A stretch of 64,000 bases of DNA. Source: an uncultured bacterium. GTDB taxonomy: Bacteria > Actinomycetota > Coriobacteriia > Coriobacteriales > Coriobacteriaceae. Made by a program: the position numbers and the translations under genes. How positions within the stretch are numbered: the first letter of the stretch is position 1; the number at the start of each line of letters is the position of its first letter. The notes under the pieces were generated by a model that was given only the letters and a program-made list of their open reading frames with translations, made no database searches and was not told the origin of the DNA. Below are positions 38,538 through 47,383 of this stretch, piece after piece. The DNA lies in contig CAJMPY010000006.1 in the NCBI GenBank assembly GCA_905215385.1, positions 5,292 to 69,291 on the forward strand, read 5' to 3'.

Positions 38538-40269
38538 TCGCCCGAAACAGCCTGTCTTCGTTGCCGCCGTAAAGCCTTTGGATTCTAAGGTACTTCACCT
38601 CATCGACATTATAGGACGCATCCGGCTCGGAAACCTTCTCGAACGTGTAGATACTTCCATCGTGAGCTGCGATTATCCCCATCTCGCAGCCCTTGCCGCC
38701 GACCGCCAAAAGGTCAGCCGCGCTCGGGATGCCAGAGGCCGGGTGGTTGTGGAGCAGCACTACGCGCCGACCGTCCCCGATTGCCGCCTCGACCTTCTTG
38801 CCGAACTTCGCCGGAGGGACCACGGTGCTGCCGACGGTCGAGTTAACGCAGCTCGTGATTGTCTTGCCCGTTGACAAGTCGATGGCGTAAAGGTCCTCGC
38901 CGTTCGTGCCCCCTCGGTGGCTGAGGATGCGTCTTATGCTCGCATGTACGCCGTCCGCGGCATCTTTGCCGACGGCTTTAGACACCTTTGCCCTGTAGTC
39001 CCTGCTCGCGATCTTCCCCATATCCACCGCGAACTCCATTGAGTGCTCTACCGGCTTAGCCCTCGATTTCCCGCCGCCCTCGTAGACCGTGCCGAGCGCC
39101 GAGTCCAGCACCTTCTGCTGGTCGCCCGCCGACATCTTCCTGAAGCCGCTCGACGGTATGCCGTAGTCCTCGAGCTGCCGCGAGAGCCGTTTTCGCGCCT
39201 CGGTCTTGGACACGCCCGCCGTATCCAGCTTGCGCTTGGTGCCGGGCATGTCCATGAACTCTGAGATGGTGCGGTTCGCGGGCTTCTCGCCGTTGACGGC
39301 GGGCTTGCCGGCCTTCCATTCCTCGTAGGTCATGCCCTCGGGCAGGCGGCTGAAACGCTCGCCGTCGAGCACGTCGAGTCCGTCACAGCACGCCACCAGC
39401 GTGCAGCGGCAGTTGCACGTCTCGGCATACGGCGCCTCCGGGTCGCCGGGATAGCGGCACCCGTTGCTGAACTTCTCGCCGACCTCGACCTTCTCGCGGT
39501 CAATCTTCCTGTGGCTCGAGCGCGTGCGCAGGTCAAGCGTCGCCACCCATTCCTGCTGCACATTGATGCCGAGCCCCTTGGCCCTCTTGTAGCTGTCGAC
39601 GCGCCCGGCGTTCTCCGCCGCCGTCGTCGAGGTCCGCGCCAAGCGCACCGCCGCCGCGCGGTTGGACCCAGCCACGTCCTGGATGCGCTTCGCAATCTTG
39701 GGTATCGACTCGCCGAGCAGCAGACCTTGCGTGATCTGGTTGGCGATGAGCCGGCGGTTCCACGCCACGTCCTTGGCGACGTTGACGGACGGCTTGGGCA
39801 GGTAGCTGTCGTGGTCGGTGAGCAGCCTCTGCACGGTCGACGCGTCCTGCAGCGCGTAGGCCGTGTCAACGCCAACGGCGCTCTCGACCTGCCACGTGCC
39901 GTAGTTGTAGTTCTCGGCGTAGACCTCGGGCAGTCTGCCCTCGTTGGCGGCGGCCGCGACGACGTTCGCGTGCGTCATGGCCTCGGCGCACTGCTTGAGG
40001 ACGATTCGGTAGCGCCTGCCCGCCGCGATCTTCCCGCTTCGCCAAGACCTGTATTGCGCCTTGGTGATCTCGCCGGTCTCGAGCCGCTCGCGCATCTTCT
40101 CGTCGTCGGCCTCGAACTGCGCCAGATAGCGCTTGAGGTTGGCGTAGGCCGTCTTGCTCGCCTCGCCGTACACTCCCGCCACCTCGCGCTCGAACGCCCG
40201 AATCTCGGCGTCTGAGAACTCGTGAGCGTTATCCTTCGCCATGCGCCGCCTCCAATCGTCGGCACGCAT
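38497..40269 (-). CDS. MuF/SPP1-gp7-like head morphogenesis protein fused to a C-terminal RadC-like JAB (JAMM-type) domain
   Basis: N-terminal F-like region with ETCNCRCTLV motif; C-terminal ...VVLLHNHPASGIPSAADLL...IIAAHDGSIY matches the RadC/JAB HNHPSG...PS..D signature. Confidence 0.7.
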   Translation of the reverse strand: MRADDWRRRMAKDNAHEFSDAEIRAFEREVAGVYGEASKTAYANLKRYLAQFEADDEKMRERLETGEITKAQYRSWRSGKIAAGRRYRIVLKQCAEAMTHANVVAAAANEGRLPEVYAENYNYGTWQVESAVGVDTAYALQDASTVQRLLTDHDSYLPKPSVNVAKDVAWNRRLIANQITQGLLLGESIPKIAKRIQDVAGSNRAAAVRLARTSTTAAENAGRVDSYKRAKGLGINVQQEWVATLDLRTRSSHRKIDREKVEVGEKFSNGCRYPGDPEAPYAETCNCRCTLVACCDGLDVLDGERFSRLPEGMTYEEWKAGKPAVNGEKPANRTISEFMDMPGTKRKLDTAGVSKTEARKRLSRQLEDYGIPSSGFRKMSAGDQQKVLDSALGTVYEGGGKSRAKPVEHSMEFAVDMGKIASRDYRAKVSKAVGKDAADGVHASIRRILSHRGGTNGEDLYAIDLSTGKTITSCVNSTVGSTVVPPAKFGKKVEAAIGDGRRVVLLHNHPASGIPSAADLLAVGGKGCEMGIIAAHDGSIYTFEKVSEPDASYNVDEVKYLRIQRLYGGNEDRLFRAIEERFGFKIEHHE

Positions 40270-40432
40270 GGTCGCCCGCGCATAACGGAAAAGGGCCCCA
40301 ACCGAAGCCGGGGCCCTTCCCTACTCGCCGTCTGCCTCTAGCATCTGGCGCACCTCGTCGCGCCAGCGCTCGGGAACGCTCTCGAGCGTGCGCTTGCCGC
40401 TCTTCACGGCGCGGTAGTAGATCTTCGCCAAG

Positions 40433-40774
40433 TTACTCACCTCCAACGATGTCGCCGAGCTCGAGAAGGGCCGCCTGCGAGTCGGCGACCTGCTGCTGGA
40501 GCGATGCGATCTGCTCCTCCATGCTCATGCCGTCCGCCTCGTGTGCCGCCCAGACGGTGTCAAAGTCGGCCTTTGCGCCCTCGACCGTCAGCTCGCCAGT
40601 CGGGTCGGTGAAGTGCAGCTCCTCATAGGTGAACACCTTCACCTTGACGGAACCGCCCTCGCCGCCCCGCTCCTCGCGCTCGCCCTCGGCGATGCCGCGG
40701 CGCAACCAGACGTCGGTCCCCGCGATCTCGACCGCCTCGGGCCTCTCGCCCGTTCGCTCAGACTTCACAACCAT
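40433..40774 (-). CDS. hypothetical protein downstream of the DGR reverse transcriptase
   Basis: 113 aa, acidic; function unknown. Confidence 0.35.
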   Translation of the reverse strand: MVVKSERTGERPEAVEIAGTDVWLRRGIAEGEREERGGEGGSVKVKVFTYEELHFTDPTGELTVEGAKADFDTVWAAHEADGMSMEEQIASLQQQVADSQAALLELGDIVGGE

Positions 40775-40784
40775 AAATTACCTC

Positions 40785-41816
40785 CTAACCCACGGCCCTC
40801 GCCGCGTTGAATATGCACCGCTTAGCGTTCATCTGGTGCTCCATGACGGCCGTTTTCAACCAGCCCCAGTAAGAGCACACGCGCCTCGCCAAGCGCTCGG
40901 TGCGCCTGCGCATGTAGCGCGCGAACGCGCGTCGCAGTCGTTTCCAGAGCCTCTTTCGCAAGTCGACCCGGCGCCCGCGAGCGCACCAGATGCGATAGCC
41001 CGCGAAGTCGATGGGCTCGGCGCCGTTGCGCCTCACCTTCCACGGCTTCAGCGACAATCCTAGCCGCCCCAAAACGCGTGCGGCGATGGTCGCGGCTTTC
41101 CCGAGCGAGCGCTTTGAGTTGCCGAGAAAATAGCCGTCGTCGGCGTACCACACCTGGCATCCCGCGAGCCTCACGCGCTTGCCGCGCCGCTCCTTCGCCG
41201 CCTCCTCAACCGCGTGATACGCGAACGAGATCACGAACGCCGCCAACCGAAGCGACAGGTAGCTGCCGAGGATAAGGACGCCGTTCATCGTCGACAGCAG
41301 CGAATGGAGCAGGTAGAGGACCTGGCTGTTCTTGACATAGCGAGCCACCAGACCCTCCACTATCGCCGTCTGCATCGAGCCGTAGCAGTTGCGGATGTCG
41401 ACGTGCACGTGGTAGGCGAAGCGGTGAACCTCGCGCCTGAGCTTGCGCATCCCCAGCGCCGCGCCCTTGCCCTTGACGCCGCTCGACACCTGCCAGAAGC
41501 CGACCTTGGCGGCAAGGAGCGGCTCGAGTGCCCCGACGCACAGGTAGTTGCACACCTGCCGCTTGATGCTTTCGACGCTTATCTCGCGCAGCTTGCCGCT
41601 GTTCGGGTCGTGTTTCAGATAGGTTCGGATGGGGTCGAATGTCAGCGTCTCGGTCGAGAGCTCTAGCCAGATGCGGTCGACGAACGCCGTCTCGGTGCCG
41701 TATTCGTCGGCGACGCGCCAGCCGTTCTCCTTGCCGGAGTCGCTTTTCTTCCATCGGTGCAGGGCCTCGACGACGCTCTTGCGCGTGAACTCGAGGCCCT
41801 TGCAGTAGGTTTTCAT
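40785..41816 (-). CDS. DGR-type reverse transcriptase
   Basis: 343 aa; RT motif VWYADDGYFLG (YxDD); adjacent to the TR/VR repeat pair that shows adenine-specific differences. Confidence 0.8.
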   Translation of the reverse strand: MKTYCKGLEFTRKSVVEALHRWKKSDSGKENGWRVADEYGTETAFVDRIWLELSTETLTFDPIRTYLKHDPNSGKLREISVESIKRQVCNYLCVGALEPLLAAKVGFWQVSSGVKGKGAALGMRKLRREVHRFAYHVHVDIRNCYGSMQTAIVEGLVARYVKNSQVLYLLHSLLSTMNGVLILGSYLSLRLAAFVISFAYHAVEEAAKERRGKRVRLAGCQVWYADDGYFLGNSKRSLGKAATIAARVLGRLGLSLKPWKVRRNGAEPIDFAGYRIWCARGRRVDLRKRLWKRLRRAFARYMRRRTERLARRVCSYWGWLKTAVMEHQMNAKRCIFNAARAVG

Positions 41817-41973
41817 AGATCAAAGCTCTTTCTGTCTGTCATACGAGCGTTCGCCTTGCGGCTACCAGCCCGTGAGCCTTGCGGACAAATTTCACTCAAA
41901 GGAGTCAGGCTGAGCCGCGTCCCGCCAGAAAGCGGCGGGCGCGGTAGACACGGTGCGAGTAGAGATTTATAGA

Positions 41974-42086
41974 CAGATTGCCGGGAGACGAAGTTCCAAG
42001 TGGCCCTACCGGACCTGTTCCTCGAGTTCGCGTAACGAAGACCGGCCGTCGAGCCGTTCCTCAGGTTGCCGAGGAACTGAACCAGA
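41974..42086 (-). repeat. DGR template repeat (TR), 113 bp, intergenic between the target gene and the RT
   Basis: Aligns with no gaps to 42187-42299; 18 mismatches, 17 of them at TR sense-strand adenines; TR contains five AAC codons in the target frame. Confidence 0.8.
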
Positions 42087-42163
42087 AACCAGCGCCGCCC
42101 TCACCGTGAATCCCTGTTTGGAGTCAGGAGGGGGCCAGCCCCCTCTCAGGGCTACGCCCTGAT

Positions 42164-43801
42164 TCACCCCCGGCTACGGCCCGTAGCAGAAAGCCGGGAG
42201 ACGAAGTCCCAAGCGGCCCAACCGGACCAGGGCCACGAGTACGCGCAACGAAGACCGGCCGACGAGCCGCCCACCAGGTCGCCGAGGAACCGAACCAGAC
42301 GGATCGTGCCCTTGACCTTACCGCCGGAGGTGTCGAAGTAGAAGTAGTCACCGACACCGGTCGTCGCCGAGCCGCCGAGCCCCTTTCCCAAGATGAGGCC
42401 GTTGACGAACTGGATGTCGAGCATGTAGCCATCTGCCGCCGGCATGCACGCCGCCGTCGGGGTCACCCCGTCCGCCACGGCGTTCTTCTTCTCATTGCGT
42501 GTGTCGGGGTTGACCGCGATGCCGAAACCCGTGCCGTCGGAGACGAAGAGCGTATCGCCCATGAACTCCCACAGGCCCAGCCCCGTCTCGACGCCGCCGA
42601 CCTTGAACGGATGCTTGCCGTCCTTCGCCACCTGGCCGTCGCCCACGAGGGCATCGGTGTTGCCCGTGCACCACGGCGCACTCTGGATCCATGTGTTCAC
42701 GGTCGTGTCGAACGCCTTGGCGACGTCCATGAGAAGCGCCACGTTGCCGTCTGCGAGCGTCTCCTTGCCACCGACAACGGCACCGTCGAACACGTCGTAC
42801 GCCGCCGCGGCGCCTCGGTCTGGGCACTTGGTGCCCGTGTCGGTGCCGTACATCAGCGACGCGCCCACGGGGATACTCGCGGCCTGCGACGCGGTCACGA
42901 CGACGCGCGTGACGCCCGTCTCGGCGATTGCCGGGTGAATCTGCACGTTGAAGTCGGTGCAGCCCGGGAAGTCCACCTGGGAGGACTTGCACAGCGTCTT
43001 GGTCAGCTGGTGGAAGTTGACGTACCACTGGTCGTAGGCCGACATTCCCGAGTAGCCCGTGGTCGCCGTCTTGCACAGGTCGATGAGCGAGTCGTGCGAG
43101 GTCACTCGATTGGCGATCTTCGCGCCGGAGACGGAGCGCGGACGCCCGTCGGCGTCGATGCTCATCGGGTACGTCGGCGTCAGCATGTACGGTCGCAGCG
43201 TGCCGTCCGGCAGCAACGCCTTGGGGTTCGGCTGCGAGCCGCTGAATCGGCTGTCGGACCACGAGACGAGCAGGTTGCCGTTCGTCAGTACCTCGACCGC
43301 CTGCCACACGACCGGCGCGATCTCGTAGACGTTGTTGCCGCGTCCGTTGTCCACACGCGAGAAGCCGTAGTCAACGCCGTCGATTGCCTCGACCCACGGC
43401 ACGCCGTCGGCGTCGGCACCGGCGTTGGCGGACACGTGGAACCACGGGCCGCCCTCGGCGTCGAACGGGTCGACAGCCGCGCTCGTCGCCGTCGCGGGCA
43501 CGAACTCGGTGGAGGCCACGCGCTTCGCGGCGGCGCTCATGGGCTGGATGTCGGTGGGGCTGCCCGCCGGGATGAGGAACGTGTACACCAGCCCCGTCTT
43601 GTGCTTGTCCACCATCGCGGCGACGCTCTCGTTGGAGTAGCGGCCCGTCGAGGCGTCGCGCTCGAGCGACTTCTGGTCGCCCAGATTCTTCACCGCGCCG
43701 ACCAGCGCCCACACCGCCTCGTCCGATGCCAGCGGGTCCGCGTACTCGAACCCCTCGGTTGCCTGCTCGGTTGCCTGCTCGGCTGCCTGCGTATCGGCCA
43801 T
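42164..43801 (-). CDS. DGR target (variable) protein, 545 aa, with a C-terminal variable region
   Basis: VR covers codons about 500-538; C-terminal W/G-rich segment fits a CLec/Ig-like variable ligand-binding tip; its start is coupled to the stop of the upstream 301-aa ORF. Confidence 0.7.
   Translation of the reverse strand: MADTQAAEQATEQATEGFEYADPLASDEAVWALVGAVKNLGDQKSLERDASTGRYSNESVAAMVDKHKTGLVYTFLIPAGSPTDIQPMSAAAKRVASTEFVPATATSAAVDPFDAEGGPWFHVSANAGADADGVPWVEAIDGVDYGFSRVDNGRGNNVYEIAPVVWQAVEVLTNGNLLVSWSDSRFSGSQPNPKALLPDGTLRPYMLTPTYPMSIDADGRPRSVSGAKIANRVTSHDSLIDLCKTATTGYSGMSAYDQWYVNFHQLTKTLCKSSQVDFPGCTDFNVQIHPAIAETGVTRVVVTASQAASIPVGASLMYGTDTGTKCPDRGAAAAYDVFDGAVVGGKETLADGNVALLMDVAKAFDTTVNTWIQSAPWCTGNTDALVGDGQVAKDGKHPFKVGGVETGLGLWEFMGDTLFVSDGTGFGIAVNPDTRNEKKNAVADGVTPTAACMPAADGYMLDIQFVNGLILGKGLGGSATTGVGDYFYFDTSGGKVKGTIRLVRFLGDLVGGSSAGLRCAYSWPWSGWAAWDFVSRLSATGRSRG
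42187..42299 (-). repeat. DGR variable repeat (VR) at the 3' end of the target gene (encodes ...LVRFLGDLVGGSSAGLRCAYSWPWSGWAAWDFVSRLS)
   Basis: Cognate of the TR; followed within 1 nt by the palindrome GCTACGGGCCGTAGC (42173-42187) and the stop codon. Confidence 0.8.
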
Positions 43802-44707
43802 TTAGGCACCTACCTTTCGCATCTGGCAAATCTTGCCGTTTACCTTCTTGAGTCCCAGCGCCGTCACGGCAGCCGCCGAGTCGATAATCGACTGGTAGTT
43901 CAGGGCTGCCGTCTTGGCGTCCTTGAGCGCCGCCTGCGCGTCGGCGAGGGCCTTGGTCGAATCCTGCTCGCGCTTCTGCTCGGCGGTCTTGCGCCCCACC
44001 TCAGCCTCCTTGCGCTCCGTCTCGGAGGTCTTGCGCTCGGACTCGGTCTGCCCGCGCTCGGTCTCGGCGTCGGCGCGCTTTTTCTCAGCCGTTTCGACAG
44101 AAGCCTTGAGCTGCTTGAACTCGTTGTTGACCTTGTTCACGCCAGCCGCCGCGTCCGTCGCGGGCTTCTTGAGCTCCGCGATCTGCTCGGCGGTGAGGTC
44201 GCTGTATCTCAGCGCGTCGCCCTTCGGCACGCCGACGACCAGCACGTTGTTCTCCATCGTCGCCGTTGCCTCCGAGCCCGAGGCGAGCGTCGTGGCTCGT
44301 GCCCCCTTGACCTCGGCGGCGACAGCCTTGTCGCGTGCGGCCTCCGCCGCCTTCTGCGCGGCCCTGGCCTCGTCTCGCGCCGCCTCTGCGTCCTTGATGG
44401 TGCGCTGGTCGCTCGGCTCGTAGATGTACTCGGCGGGCTTGGCTCGCCTCTTTACGTCCCAGAGCGCCTCGATGCGCGTGCGTCCGCCGTATGCCTCGTC
44501 CGTGATGTAGGCCCATGCGTACACGCGCCCAGCCACCTGGAGCAGCTCGTCGGGAATCTTCGCCTTGCTGTCGGCAACCGCGACCGTGTAGCACGTCCCC
44601 GTGGTCGACTTGGCGAAATGCACCTGCTCGCAGCCGACAACCTCGACCTCGCGCCCGGTGTCCCACTGCCACAGCTCGCCGTCAAGCACCTGCAATGCCG
44701 CCATCAC
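43802..44707 (-). CDS. hypothetical coiled-coil protein between the portal and the DGR target
   Basis: 301 aa; long E/K/A-rich helical C-terminal half. Confidence 0.4.
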   Translation of the reverse strand: MMAALQVLDGELWQWDTGREVEVVGCEQVHFAKSTTGTCYTVAVADSKAKIPDELLQVAGRVYAWAYITDEAYGGRTRIEALWDVKRRAKPAEYIYEPSDQRTIKDAEAARDEARAAQKAAEAARDKAVAAEVKGARATTLASGSEATATMENNVLVVGVPKGDALRYSDLTAEQIAELKKPATDAAAGVNKVNNEFKQLKASVETAEKKRADAETERGQTESERKTSETERKEAEVGRKTAEQKREQDSTKALADAQAALKDAKTAALNYQSIIDSAAAVTALGLKKVNGKICQMRKVGA

Positions 44708-46164
44708 TCATCACCTTCCTCGTCCTCGTCGTTGTCGTCGTCCTCGTCGCCCTTCTGGGCGCCCTTCGCGTTCGCCGCCAGGGCGGGCGGCAGCGCTGCC
44801 ATGCGCTCCTCCTGCTCCCGCTGCTTGCGCTCCAAAATCTTCGCCCTCTCGTCGGGCGTGATGTTCGGCAGCTTTCGCAGGATCGTCTCGTCGTCCAGAT
44901 ACTCGGCCTCCAGGCACACGGTCTCGACCTGTTCCTTGGTGTTGCTGATGCGAGTGTGCGTGAACACGGGCGTGTCCTCGATGCCCTGCAACGCAAGGAT
45001 GTCCATGATACCCTCGCGGATGTGGCGCTCGAACTCGGCGGCCTCCTCGTCCATCGGCTGGTATGCCGCGTCGATATGGTCGTTGGTCGCCCCCGCCGCG
45101 ATGGTGTGGACGTCCAGCGCGCCGAAGTCCTCGTAGATGTCGGCCTTGATCTGCGCCAGCGTCTCCTTGCGGCCCTCGACGGGCACCTCCTGCGTGTACG
45201 GCGTCACGGACTGCCCCTGCTCGGCGTCGACCTCGGCCACGTGCGTCAGCTTGAGCTTCGCCCGCCACAGGTCGAGGTCCCTGTCGTCCATGCCGCCGGC
45301 TCCGTTGATGAGCCAGTAGATCTGCGCGCAGTCGCGCGTGTCGTTCACCAGGCCGCTCTTGATGAGGTCGTAGGCGTCGATGCTCTCGCGCATGCCGACG
45401 AGCGTGCTCTGGTGCGCGTCGCTGCCCCAGACCGCCACGATGGGCAGGCGGGAGTAGTTTTCCGCATCGACGGCCAGCTTCATCCCGTCCGCCGGTATCT
45501 CCCGATACGTGACCTTGTAGGCGCGCTTGGCCTCGGCCACCTCGAAGTCGAAGCCGCTGCCGCCCGACACCATCTCAGTGTAGCCGTCCTGCTCGTAGAG
45601 GGTCGCGTGCCACGGGTGGTCGGAATCGAGCCGCCAGAACCTCACGCCGGCGTATAGCGCCCCCGAGTACTCGTCCCACACCGGGCAGAACTCGTCGGCG
45701 GTGAACACATCGATGTGGTCGAGGTTCCAAAACGGGAACGACACACCGTGGATGAGCGCCTTGAGCCCCATCTCCATGACATCGTCGTCGAAGCGGTCGC
45801 CAAGCCCCTCCTTGGTCGTGTCCTTGCCGCCCGCCGAGACGTCCACGAAGCTCACGCCCTTACCGAGCGAGTATGTGCAGCGCTGGACGTTTAGGCGCTT
45901 GAACAGGTTACTCGCCAGCCTCAGCTTCGAGGCCGTGAAGTCCTCGGCCTCGGCACCGGAGCACGAGTAGATCTTCTGCACGAAACGGTTGATCGTGACG
46001 TTGTGCTGGCGGTAGTACTCGTTCGCGGTGACGGCGTTGCGGTACATCTCGCTCGACATGTGCCGCTCGATGGCATCGGCCGCGAACGCCGTCGCCGACG
46101 CCGCCTCCTTGAGGTCGCCATCGGTCACCAAAGGCCCCTTAGACAAGCCGCTACCTCCCTCCAA
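44704..46164 (-). CDS. portal protein
   Basis: 486 aa, acidic C-terminal tail (DEDDDNDEDEEGDE), directly downstream of the large terminase gene. Confidence 0.7.
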   Translation of the reverse strand: MEGGSGLSKGPLVTDGDLKEAASATAFAADAIERHMSSEMYRNAVTANEYYRQHNVTINRFVQKIYSCSGAEAEDFTASKLRLASNLFKRLNVQRCTYSLGKGVSFVDVSAGGKDTTKEGLGDRFDDDVMEMGLKALIHGVSFPFWNLDHIDVFTADEFCPVWDEYSGALYAGVRFWRLDSDHPWHATLYEQDGYTEMVSGGSGFDFEVAEAKRAYKVTYREIPADGMKLAVDAENYSRLPIVAVWGSDAHQSTLVGMRESIDAYDLIKSGLVNDTRDCAQIYWLINGAGGMDDRDLDLWRAKLKLTHVAEVDAEQGQSVTPYTQEVPVEGRKETLAQIKADIYEDFGALDVHTIAAGATNDHIDAAYQPMDEEAAEFERHIREGIMDILALQGIEDTPVFTHTRISNTKEQVETVCLEAEYLDDETILRKLPNITPDERAKILERKQREQEERMAALPPALAANAKGAQKGDEDDDNDEDEEGDE

Positions 46165-47383
46165 AGAATGGGTTTACCTGCTCTTTCGCAGGCTTGTACA
46201 TGCGCATGGTCGCCACGCCGTAACGGAGCGCGTCGCAGCTGTGGTCCTCGACCTTGACGGGCCTGTCGCCGTCCGCCTTGGCGTCCCAGCAGTAGCCGCC
46301 GAGCTCGCCTATCAGCCCCGCGCAGGCGTCGGAGATGCGCACTGAGCCGTCGCCCAGGCACACCCCCGTCTCTCGTATGCCGTCCGCGACGTCGTTGCGC
46401 CCCTTCTTGGTCTTGAAGCCAGCCTGCCGCATCGCGGCGATGAAGCTCGTGGCGCTCGGGTCGATGATGAACAGGGGTGGCTTGCTCAGCCCGCCCACGA
46501 AGTCGGCCATGTCGGCCACGTAGTCGGCGTCCGTCTTCTGGTGCCCCGTGTCGCGGCCCGAGTAGCGGTACTCGTCCACCACGTGCCACACCTTGCCGTC
46601 AAACGCCCACAGCAGCGCCGCGAAGGCGTTTTGCGTGCCGTAGTCGCAAGACACCGCGTACTTGACGGCGCTGCCCTCATATCGGCCCTCGAGGGCGCCC
46701 TTGAAGTCCGGGTAGATAAGTCCCTCCGCCAGCGTCCACAGGCCCCTGATGTATCGGTCGTAGAACACACCCCTGTACATGCGCTCGTAGCGGCTCACGA
46801 TCTCGGGTGAGAGCGTGGGGTTGTCCTGCATCTCGAAGTGCAGCACGAGCAGGTTCAACTCGTCTGCGCGATCGATGTACTCCGTTTTGAAGAAGTGCGT
46901 CGGATAGCTGGGGTTGCAGTTGAACCAGAGCTTCGACCCGTCCTCCGAGCATCGGCCGATCATCTGGTCGACGAAGCTCTGCGGGAACAGCGCCACCTCG
47001 TCGGCGTAGCATCCCGCGGCGGTCAGTCCCTGCAAGACGTCCTGGCTCTTCTCGGTGCTCGCGCCGAACAGGTAATAGGTGTTCGTCCCGATCTCGATGC
47101 GGTTCTCGCTGCGGTTGAACTTCCACGACCACCCGAGAAGCCGCAGAATCTGCCCCATCGGCCTCACGACGTTGCGCTTGAGCGTCTCGATGGAGGCGCC
47201 CGCCATGATGAAGCTGCTGCCCGAGAAGCGCCCTTGGCTCCAGAGCAGGAACCCAGTCAGCATCGCCCACGTCTTGCCGCTTCGGATGGCGCCCTCGGCG
47301 ATAACGCCCTCGCATCCGGAGGTCGGCCTGTCGAGCGACCACCATTCGGCGAGCAGCCGCTGCTTCTCGCTGAACTCCTGCAT
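46151..47383 (-). CDS. terminase large subunit
   Basis: Walker A AIRSGKT; C-terminal nuclease-like region; likely ATG at MQEFSEK (47383), inside the longer ORF 46151..47506. Confidence 0.85.
   Translation of the reverse strand: MQEFSEKQRLLAEWWSLDRPTSGCEGVIAEGAIRSGKTWAMLTGFLLWSQGRFSGSSFIMAGASIETLKRNVVRPMGQILRLLGWSWKFNRSENRIEIGTNTYYLFGASTEKSQDVLQGLTAAGCYADEVALFPQSFVDQMIGRCSEDGSKLWFNCNPSYPTHFFKTEYIDRADELNLLVLHFEMQDNPTLSPEIVSRYERMYRGVFYDRYIRGLWTLAEGLIYPDFKGALEGRYEGSAVKYAVSCDYGTQNAFAALLWAFDGKVWHVVDEYRYSGRDTGHQKTDADYVADMADFVGGLSKPPLFIIDPSATSFIAAMRQAGFKTKKGRNDVADGIRETGVCLGDGSVRISDACAGLIGELGGYCWDAKADGDRPVKVEDHSCDALRYGVATMRMYKPAKEQVNPFFGGR

Noticed and set aside
41901-41947. Third partial copy of the TR/VR 5' end (cagaaagcggcggg) upstream of the TR
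   Set aside because: Only about 12 bp of similarity to the repeat start. It is too short to be a second VR and is probably chance or part of the DGR RNA leader.
42611-45136. 841-aa plus-strand ORF across the DGR target, 301-aa ORF and portal region
   Set aside because: It is antisense to three co-directional phage genes with overlapping coupled starts, and its composition is extremely Arg/Gly/Leu-biased.
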